Assembly: GCA_964618995.1 (NCBI GenBank)
Contig: CAZUBQ010000009.1
Coordinates: 1-58,982 of the forward strand
From: an uncultured Candidatus Poseidoniales archaeon
GTDB taxonomy: Archaea; Thermoplasmatota; Poseidoniia; Poseidoniales; Thalassarchaeaceae
Reading direction: 5' to 3'
DNA: 58,982 bases
Positions 52,861-58,982 of this stretch are shown one piece after another. A program made the translations under genes and the position numbers. Within the stretch, counting starts at the first letter, position 1. Each line of letters begins with the position of its first letter. The notes beneath the pieces were generated by a model. The model saw only the letters and a program-made list of their open reading frames with translations. It searched no databases and was not told where the DNA came from.

Positions 52861-54162
52861 TCAATCAAGCAGTTCCAGTTCATCGAGTTCATCCTCATCG
52901 ATTTCCCACTCTACTACCTCGATATCATCATCTTCATCGGGTGAAGACGCTTTGTCAGAATCGGTTTCAGGTTCAGGTTCCTCTGAGTCTGCTTCCTCCT
53001 CGCCCTGGGTTGTCGTCAGCAGGGTGTTGTGGCTGGTGATTACGGCCGGATGCATCAGAACGAGTGCACCTGCGGTCACCAGGTGTCCGAATCCCATGGT
53101 GGTCGCGAGGCCGCCCCCCGTCAACCGAGTGATCATGGCGATGCTTCCGGCATAACCGAAGCCGAACGCCAGCCCCCAGAAGAGCGCGTTGTCCGAAGTG
53201 AACAACTTGCTTCCCTTCTTGACCCCGCGACTTGAGAGCGCCCAGATTGCCATCACGACCGCGAACACCATCAGGATGCTCTCCTCAAGAAGTTGGGCAA
53301 TAGCTGAGGGGGGGTCGATGAACCGCCTCCACGCGCTGAGCATGTGCCAGGTGACGAACGCCTGTGCAACGATGCCCCAGCGCAGTGCGAAGCGTGCGCT
53401 TCCCTTGCGTACCGCCGCCGCTTCGTAGTGTGAGTGCAGCCAGCGAAGGATTCCGAACTGGATCAAGCCGACCACCAGCACGAATCCACCCCAACGGAGA
53501 TGTGTACCGAAATCGGCATCTGCCGGGTCACGTCCTCCATATCCGAACATGAACGCCAGCGCCCCAGCGAGCAGAATCAACGCGAGCATGTGCTTGGTGA
53601 ACATCCCGCCCACGCGACCGGGTCCAGGTCTGCTGTCGCGCGATTTTCTGCTTCCTGCCAGCCACGAGGAGCAGGCCGTGCGGAACGAACCCGCCTGGCC
53701 GGCGGACCAGACGATGAACAGACCGGCGAGGCCCAGGGCCGGCCATGTGGCATACGCATCATCGGTGAGCACGGTTCCCTTGGCTGCGCCACCGATCAGC
53801 GCTGACAGCATCAATGGCAGGGACCAGACCTTGACACAGCGCAGCGCGAGTCCCTTGATGCCGCCAGCAGCCTCCCCGCTGGTGTCGGTGCGCACCCAGT
53901 CGTGCACGAAGCCGAAACGGGTCAGAATGGCAGTGAGGGCGTAACCCAGTGAGAGCGATAGGAAGGCGAGCGAAGTCAGTTCGTACGCACCATCGGACAT
54001 GCGCGTCAGCGCGAATAGTCCTGTGGAGAGCAGCGTGAGCAGCAGCACATGTGGAAGCGTCTGCCTATTGAGCAGTGTGCGGAGCAGGTCGCGCAACCCG
54101 AAGACAGGCTCCTCCTCAGCCTTCCCAGCAATATCCACGAGGGGGCTCTCCTCTCCTTCCAT
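52861..54162 (-). CDS. polytopic membrane protein (~433 aa) with an acidic C-terminal tail
   Basis: About 10 hydrophobic helices and the tail 'DEDDDIEVVEWEIDEDELDELELLD'. The start is set at 'MEGEESPL' (54162) because the 5' third of the 587-codon ORF is antisense to a recognisable Pop5 gene. The start is uncertain (54183 also possible). Confidence 0.55.
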   Translation of the reverse strand: MEGEESPLVDIAGKAEEEPVFGLRDLLRTLLNRQTLPHVLLLTLLSTGLFALTRMSDGAYELTSLAFLSLSLGYALTAILTRFGFVHDWVRTDTSGEAAGGIKGLALRCVKVWSLPLMLSALIGGAAKGTVLTDDAYATWPALGLAGLFIVWSAGQAGSFRTACSSWLAGSRKSRDSRPGPGRVGGMFTKHMLALILLAGALAFMFGYGGRDPADADFGTHLRWGGFVLVVGLIQFGILRWLHSHYEAAAVRKGSARFALRWGIVAQAFVTWHMLSAWRRFIDPPSAIAQLLEESILMVFAVVMAIWALSSRGVKKGSKLFTSDNALFWGLAFGFGYAGSIAMITRLTGGGLATTMGFGHLVTAGALVLMHPAVITSHNTLLTTTQGEEEADSEEPEPETDSDKASSPDEDDDIEVVEWEIDEDELDELELLD

Positions 54163-54216
54163 GGTGATTCGGTGGCGTCCCATCCTGTTAAGGCCGATGC
54201 CCCGCCGCGAACAGCG

Positions 54217-54522
54217 ATGCCCAGACTGCGTAAGGCGGCCCGCGGCAAGCGACGCTGGCTCGGACTCGAGGTCGACGCTGTGTTCAGCACTCGCGACGAC
54301 CTTCAGGAGCTTCTGGAGCGTATTCCTGCTCTGGGTGAGGATTGGCGCCTTTACGATTTCAAGGACAACACGGCCATCGTCCGCGTCCGCCTCGAGCACT
54401 ACGCGGAAGCCCGCGCCGTGCTCGAACCTGGCTTCGAAGGCGTCCGCTGCGTGACCGCCTCGGGAAAGATCAGGTTGGTTCGCCAGAGGCTCGGCATCGA
54501 CCGGCCTCCTCGCCGAAGATGA
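54217..54522 (+). CDS. rnp2: RNase P protein component 2 (Pop5/Rnp2)
   Basis: 'MPRLRKAARGKRRWLGLEV...AIVRVRLEHYAEARAVL...VRCVTASGKIRLV' matches the archaeal Pop5 pattern (LPPTLR..RYIAFEV ... SGTI). About 101 aa. Confidence 0.7.
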   Translation: MPRLRKAARGKRRWLGLEVDAVFSTRDDLQELLERIPALGEDWRLYDFKDNTAIVRVRLEHYAEARAVLEPGFEGVRCVTASGKIRLVRQRLGIDRPPRRR

Positions 54523-54598
54523 GTCAGCCTCGTAGTAGCGCCGCCTCAAAGACGCTAACAGCACTCGCTTGAAGTAGGAGACACGCCCAGCCGGTGCG

Positions 54599-55186
54599 AT
54601 GGATTCGTGGAACGAGTTCCGCAAGGGCCACTCTGGGCGAGGACTGTCGGCGTCGGAGATCTCCGAACTGTGGAAGCGCTACAAGGAAGGTGACTACGAT
54701 CCCGACGATAACGCTCCCGAGGTTGATGAATCGGATGATGAGGACCTGACGGCGGCTGTGGAGGCTGCTTCTGAAGAATCGGATGAGGAACAAACTTCAC
54801 CAGTGGAAATTGAACCTCCATCAGAATCAGGATTCGGTGAATGGCTGAGCTCATGGGTGTGGACCGAGAACTCGCAACTCTCCCATCTGTTTCCTTCGAT
54901 TCCGGGGTTACGGCAACCGGGGGTGAACCTCGCTCTGGTGCTCGCAGGCGCCTTCGCCTTCCTGTTGCTTCTGTACAACCTGTTCATTGGTCTCGCAAAC
55001 GGGTGTCAGGCGGATCTCTCAGCCGGATGCACGGTGGACTGGGCGACCCTGCTGTCAAACAAGTTCCTGCAGCAGTCAGTTGCCGACAGTTCACCCTCTC
55101 CAGGGGAGCCTGACTGGTTCGGGTCAGTGATGATCTTCCTGTCCGCCAGCCTACTGTGGGCGACGATGCCCGCCGATGATTCCTGA
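54599..55186 (+). CDS. hypothetical membrane protein with an acidic N-terminal region
   Basis: An acidic stretch 'DPDDNAPEVDESDDEDL...EESDEEQ' is followed by TM helices 'LALVLAGAFAFLLLLYNLFIGL' and 'FGSVMIFLSASLLWA'. Confidence 0.5.
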   Translation: MDSWNEFRKGHSGRGLSASEISELWKRYKEGDYDPDDNAPEVDESDDEDLTAAVEAASEESDEEQTSPVEIEPPSESGFGEWLSSWVWTENSQLSHLFPSIPGLRQPGVNLALVLAGAFAFLLLLYNLFIGLANGCQADLSAGCTVDWATLLSNKFLQQSVADSSPSPGEPDWFGSVMIFLSASLLWATMPADDS

Positions 55187-55262
55187 TACAGAGGACCCAA
55201 CTCCACGCAATGTGCGCGCCTCAGGGTGTGCCATTCATGAACAGCGACTGGGTGGGGCGGCC

Positions 55263-55877
55263 ATGAGTGATGAAGCGGGAATCTCCGAGCCGTCCGAGAC
55301 GCCTGTCAAGACGCTGGAGGCCGCAGAGGAGATTCTCCGCGGTCGCGACCTTGACCGAATCCTGGGCTACATCCGACTGAAGATGGATGTCGCGCTGGCC
55401 GCCAACAGCGAACTGTCCTCGATGCGTACACAGATGGTGCAAATGGGTTCCTTCCTCATCGTGGCGCTGGTCATCGGCACCGGTGGTGTGCAGGTCATCC
55501 TAGGTTGGGACGTACAGCCGATCGCCATCTCAGCGGTCAGCGCGCTGGTGGTTGCGATGGCGGTGTTCAGCGTCACCCGCACCAGCGCGACCTACACGGA
55601 CATAGTGATGGATGAGTTCCTCGCACTTGAGACCGTCTATTCTCTGATCGTATGGGAGAACGTCGACGACCTCGAAGCGCTGTCCAAGGAGATCATCTTG
55701 ATCGAGCACACGACGCGCGAACGCATCGACGCGCAGAACCGAAAGCACAGGCTGCTGGCTGGTACCATCCTGCACTCGATGATCCACTACGAAAGGCCCA
55801 GCCCCTTTGAGGACAACATCGGTGAGTCACGCCACGAGTTGCCGTTCACTCATGCGGATGGACACCGCCGCGATTGA
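55263..55877 (+). CDS. hypothetical two-TM membrane protein
   Basis: ATG 55263 is preceded by GGTGGGG; the ORF opens at 55176, which would overlap the previous gene. TM helices 'MGSFLIVALVIGTGGVQVILGW' and 'IAISAVSALVVAMAVFSV'. Confidence 0.5.
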   Translation: MSDEAGISEPSETPVKTLEAAEEILRGRDLDRILGYIRLKMDVALAANSELSSMRTQMVQMGSFLIVALVIGTGGVQVILGWDVQPIAISAVSALVVAMAVFSVTRTSATYTDIVMDEFLALETVYSLIVWENVDDLEALSKEIILIEHTTRERIDAQNRKHRLLAGTILHSMIHYERPSPFEDNIGESRHELPFTHADGHRRD

Positions 55878-55906
55878 TGGACTCCGAGTACTGCTCCGGA
55901 GAGGGT

Positions 55907-57907
55907 TCACTCTTCACCGCTTGATTCTCCGCGGTTTCGAGCATCTTCCTCAGCCGCAACACGAATCCCTTCCTCGAGATCTATCTTGTTGGCAAGATAG
56001 GTGCCGAGCAGAATGACGACGGTGACCGTCATGAGCGCAACACGGCTATCAAATGCCGAGCTGGTGATACCATAGATGAAGGTCCCAATCATCGCGGCTG
56101 ATTTTCCAAGGAAGCCAAAGAATCCGAAGAACTCTGAAGTGCGTGTTTCAGGGACCAATTGTGAGAACATCGAACGAGCTTGTGCACCGGCAGAGCCCAT
56201 GGCCACCCCAACGAGCATTCCGAGGATGATCCATTGCAATGCTACCCCGATATTGAGTGGAGCCCATACGTAATCGCGCATGGATTTGGCCCACCAATCA
56301 ACTGGTCCGCCCTGTTCGACAATCGTTGGATGCGTATCCCCGATCTCCGAAGAACCTGCAATGGACTCATCTCCGCCGACGATGATGATGGAGAATCGGT
56401 GGTCGTTGGTCTCATCGAATGCAGCCACGAGTGCGACCGCATCCGCCTCTGTGATCGTCTTCACATCATCTTCCTTGATTGTTGCTTGATCGGCAAGGAA
56501 TGATGCAGCGAAGATCCCCGTTCCAACGAGCAGGACTGCTGCGATGACCCCCATCCAGCCCATTTCCCGATCTTGCAACCACATGACACCTCGACCCAGT
56601 ACAGCGACCATGACCAAGATGAACAGACAGACCATCACTCCGGTCCCGAGTGTACTTTCGCCGGCACTGTCTACACTGTAATCCGGCTCAGGGAAGTGCT
56701 CTTGGAAGGCATCACGGAAGGCCGCATCACCTTCCGAATTTTCACCAATCCAGTTCTCGTAACCGCGATCATAGAGAGTGGTCATCTCGTATACACCGGT
56801 TTCATTGTTCCATGTGAAGGCGAAGTCATAGCGCTCAGCATCCTCCTCCCCTTCCAATTCCAACGGTGCGAATCCCGCTGCGGCAACCGCAACGAAACAG
56901 TAGATGAGCAAGGCCAACATCAAGGCGAACTTAGTTCCCTTGATATTCGCCAATTTCCCGAATACAAGCGTCATCGGGATGGCGACGACGTTCACAGTCA
57001 GCAGCAACATGACATTCATGCTGGTATCTAGACGCAGGACAGATTCTCCGAACGCACTCGCCATGCTTGCAATAGTGTTCACGCCATCATAGAACAGAAG
57101 ATAAGCGACTAGGAACAGTGCAAGAACCTTGAATTTCTTGATCTCGCGTGCGGTCTGAAACACCTGAGCGTAGGCGACCTTGGCTGCTTTGACGACGCCT
57201 TCCCATTCCATGTGCGAGGGGAGTTCCGGCTCGGGGGTCCACTTGAACATCAGCATACCAAAGCCCCACCACCACAACGAGGAGGTGACGAAGATCACGG
57301 CCAGTTTGAAGTTGGTATCCCAGTTGAATGGCCCCATCAAGACGAACAGATGGAAGATGAGTAGAATTGAGCCACCCATGAATCCGTATGAGTATCCCCA
57401 CGAGGAGACGTGGTCCTGGCAGTGCTTTTCGGCCAGATAAGGCATGAATGAGTAATAGATGACGTTACCACCGGTGAATCCGATTGTCCCGATGGTGTAC
57501 ATCATGGCGAGGACAATGTATCCTTGTGAACCAAAGTATGGTGTTGCTCCCATCAGAGCCGTGAATACAACTCCAGCGATGGTATACCATTTCAGTAGCT
57601 TCTTCTTGACCGGCATCCGATCTGCGATGACGCCCAAAGCGGGCGCGGTGATGACCACGAACACCATCGAAAATGTCAGCACGTATGCGTAGAAGGTGTC
57701 ACCCGACTGAGTTCCAGTGGCCAGATTGTACAAACTGGCCATCAATTGCGGTGCGATGACCACCATCACGGTGAGCGCATAGGCTTGATTCGCCCAGTCA
57801 TAGAGATACCATCCCTTCAGTGCACGCTTACCATCTGGAGACATCTGGTCGATGGACTTCCTCACCGACTCGGAATTAGTGCTGGTCACACCGATGCCAA
57901 CGCTCAC
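55907..57907 (-). CDS. MFS transporter, UMF1/Atg22-like family, with a large mid-protein insertion
   Basis: 'KGWYLYDWANQAYALTV' is the characteristic N-terminal motif of this family. There are at least 12 hydrophobic helices plus a ~200-aa insert containing two extra helices. Confidence 0.75.
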   Translation of the reverse strand: MSVGIGVTSTNSESVRKSIDQMSPDGKRALKGWYLYDWANQAYALTVMVVIAPQLMASLYNLATGTQSGDTFYAYVLTFSMVFVVITAPALGVIADRMPVKKKLLKWYTIAGVVFTALMGATPYFGSQGYIVLAMMYTIGTIGFTGGNVIYYSFMPYLAEKHCQDHVSSWGYSYGFMGGSILLIFHLFVLMGPFNWDTNFKLAVIFVTSSLWWWGFGMLMFKWTPEPELPSHMEWEGVVKAAKVAYAQVFQTAREIKKFKVLALFLVAYLLFYDGVNTIASMASAFGESVLRLDTSMNVMLLLTVNVVAIPMTLVFGKLANIKGTKFALMLALLIYCFVAVAAAGFAPLELEGEEDAERYDFAFTWNNETGVYEMTTLYDRGYENWIGENSEGDAAFRDAFQEHFPEPDYSVDSAGESTLGTGVMVCLFILVMVAVLGRGVMWLQDREMGWMGVIAAVLLVGTGIFAASFLADQATIKEDDVKTITEADAVALVAAFDETNDHRFSIIIVGGDESIAGSSEIGDTHPTIVEQGGPVDWWAKSMRDYVWAPLNIGVALQWIILGMLVGVAMGSAGAQARSMFSQLVPETRTSEFFGFFGFLGKSAAMIGTFIYGITSSAFDSRVALMTVTVVILLGTYLANKIDLEEGIRVAAEEDARNRGESSGEE

Positions 57908-57958
57908 TGCACTATGTTGATTTCGACAGACCGGAATAGTTGTCGGGAGCGGGCTTAC

Positions 57959-58927
57959 TCAGAGAACTTGGAGTAGGAAATTCGTGCCATCTTTCAGTGC
58001 ACGAGACCGTGCATCGACATCGCCCCCGATATGCGCGCCCACATTCTTGGCGTAATCGAATGCTGCTTGGCGCTGGAATGGCTCGTTGAGCGATATGCGC
58101 CTCCCTGGCTCGATCTCCGCCCACATCTCACCATCACTGTCGATCTGGACCGTCCTGGTATCCAACTTGATCGCATTCGCCAGCCAGGTCATCGGCTCTC
58201 TCGAGTCGAAGGCGTGATGCCCGTTCGCATAGACCTCGACCTCGATGTTAGCGCCGTTCGCACCCGCCACATCTGCGAGCCCCAGCACGAAATCCAGTGG
58301 AGTATAGTCATCGTTCTCTCCGTGCAGGACCTTGATTGGCGCACCCTCCCAACGCTGGTCTTCGGGGCGCATGTGGGCAGCTGGGTAGAAGGGCAGGTAG
58401 GCCGCGAACCGCTCGCCCTCCGGTGCCAGCGCTTCGGCGATCGGAGACCACGCCGAATAGAGAGCGACGGTCCCACCAAGGCTCCAACCGGATATGGCGA
58501 TCCTGTCGGAATCGATCATCTCGTGGGTTCCGAGCAACTTCAGCGCCTCGAAGGCATCGTTGAGCATCATCGCATGCGTCACCATCATCTGGTCCTCGAC
58601 GACGCTGATCACCTGACGGGCATCGAAACTATGGACGCGGAACACGGCCATTCCCGCCTCCAGCCAATTGGCCATGTGGTCGTGGTGATGCTCAGCCCAG
58701 CCGCGGCTTCCATGGCAGGCGACTACGCAAGGCATGGGTTGGGATGCAGGCTCGTCGGGCAGAAGCAGGTGTCCGAACACTGGATGTCCAGGCGCTGAGT
58801 CCAACTTGCAGAGGATGTGGTGTACCTCGAACGGGCTGGCGGAGATGTATGCGATCTGACCGCTGCGGCCATCGGCGAGATCGGAGACGACATCCATGGG
58901 ACTCATCGACAGATTTGCGCTTCCCAT
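57959..58927 (-). CDS. alpha/beta hydrolase, dienelactone-hydrolase-like
   Basis: Nucleophile elbow 'ISGWSLGGTVALY', 'HGENDDYTP' and 'GHHAFD' give a Ser-Asp-His triad arrangement. Confidence 0.75.
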   Translation of the reverse strand: MGSANLSMSPMDVVSDLADGRSGQIAYISASPFEVHHILCKLDSAPGHPVFGHLLLPDEPASQPMPCVVACHGSRGWAEHHHDHMANWLEAGMAVFRVHSFDARQVISVVEDQMMVTHAMMLNDAFEALKLLGTHEMIDSDRIAISGWSLGGTVALYSAWSPIAEALAPEGERFAAYLPFYPAAHMRPEDQRWEGAPIKVLHGENDDYTPLDFVLGLADVAGANGANIEVEVYANGHHAFDSREPMTWLANAIKLDTRTVQIDSDGEMWAEIEPGRRISLNEPFQRQAAFDYAKNVGAHIGGDVDARSRALKDGTNFLLQVL

Positions 58928-58982
58928 CTATTGCGCTTCGGGTGGACGCACAAGCGTCAACTACGGGCATGAGCAGGCCCTA

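Noticed and set aside
54163-54624. The N-terminal 150 codons of the 587-aa minus-strand ORF.
   Set aside because: The translation is featureless and Arg/Ala-rich, and it is antisense to a recognisable Pop5 gene. The membrane protein's hydrophobic body starts only after Met155.

Overview
This is a GC-rich, very gene-dense chromosomal segment. Most intergenic gaps are under 100 nt, and several convergent gene pairs end within 2-3 nt of each other. All family calls below come from reading motifs in the supplied translations; no BLAST, HMM or RNA-folding tool was run. I read the segment as archaeal because it has an RNase P protein Pop5, an XPD/Rad3-type Fe-S helicase, CCA-less tRNAs and a TATA-like box about 27 nt upstream of a tRNA. 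By inference only, it resembles a planktonic Thermoplasmatota (Marine-Group-II-like) heterotroph. Contents, left to right: (1) a minus-strand housekeeping block with parvulin, an M28 aminopeptidase, UbiX, an aminotransferase and a BI-1/YccA protein; (2) a complete six-gene lipA-E1alpha-E1beta-E2-E3-lipB 2-oxoacid dehydrogenase plus lipoylation operon; (3) a pteridine-reductase-like SDR paired with a FolB/FolX-like gene; (4) tRNA-Leu(UAA); (5) two tandem giant surface-protein genes of 989 and about 2989 aa, the second combining thrombospondin-3 repeats, a transglutaminase core, at least a dozen Ig-like repeats, a TM helix and a DUF4129-like tail; (6) an RHH regulator, a 318-nt hairpin-rich spacer, an XPD-like helicase and a 174-aa unknown; (7) tRNA-Leu(CAG); (8) a 1143-aa beta-propeller/TSP3 surface protein; (9) an HD phosphohydrolase and GdhA; (10) a methylmalonyl-pathway divergon with carboxyltransferase, an epsilon-like subunit and BCCP facing the MCM B12 subunit and MeaB; (11) AsnB plus a GshA-like ligase; (12) a seven-gene Rieske/cytochrome b operon; (13) a divergent core-only FtsZ-like protein; (14) Pop5 hidden antisense to an over-long ORF; (15) membrane proteins, an Atg22-like MFS transporter and a dienelactone-hydrolase-like esterase. 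The best candidate for a new system is the Rieske/cytochrome b operon, where the cytochrome b C-terminal half is fused to an extracytoplasmic domain and a cytoplasmic HdrD/GlcF-type CCG Fe-S module. Other points worth follow-up are the hairpin array at 28.45-28.77 kb, four intergenic perfect palindromes that share a TAC/GTA centre, the giant adhesin pair and the FtsZ-like gene. I recognised no CRISPR array, rRNA, transposase, integrase or known defence gene.
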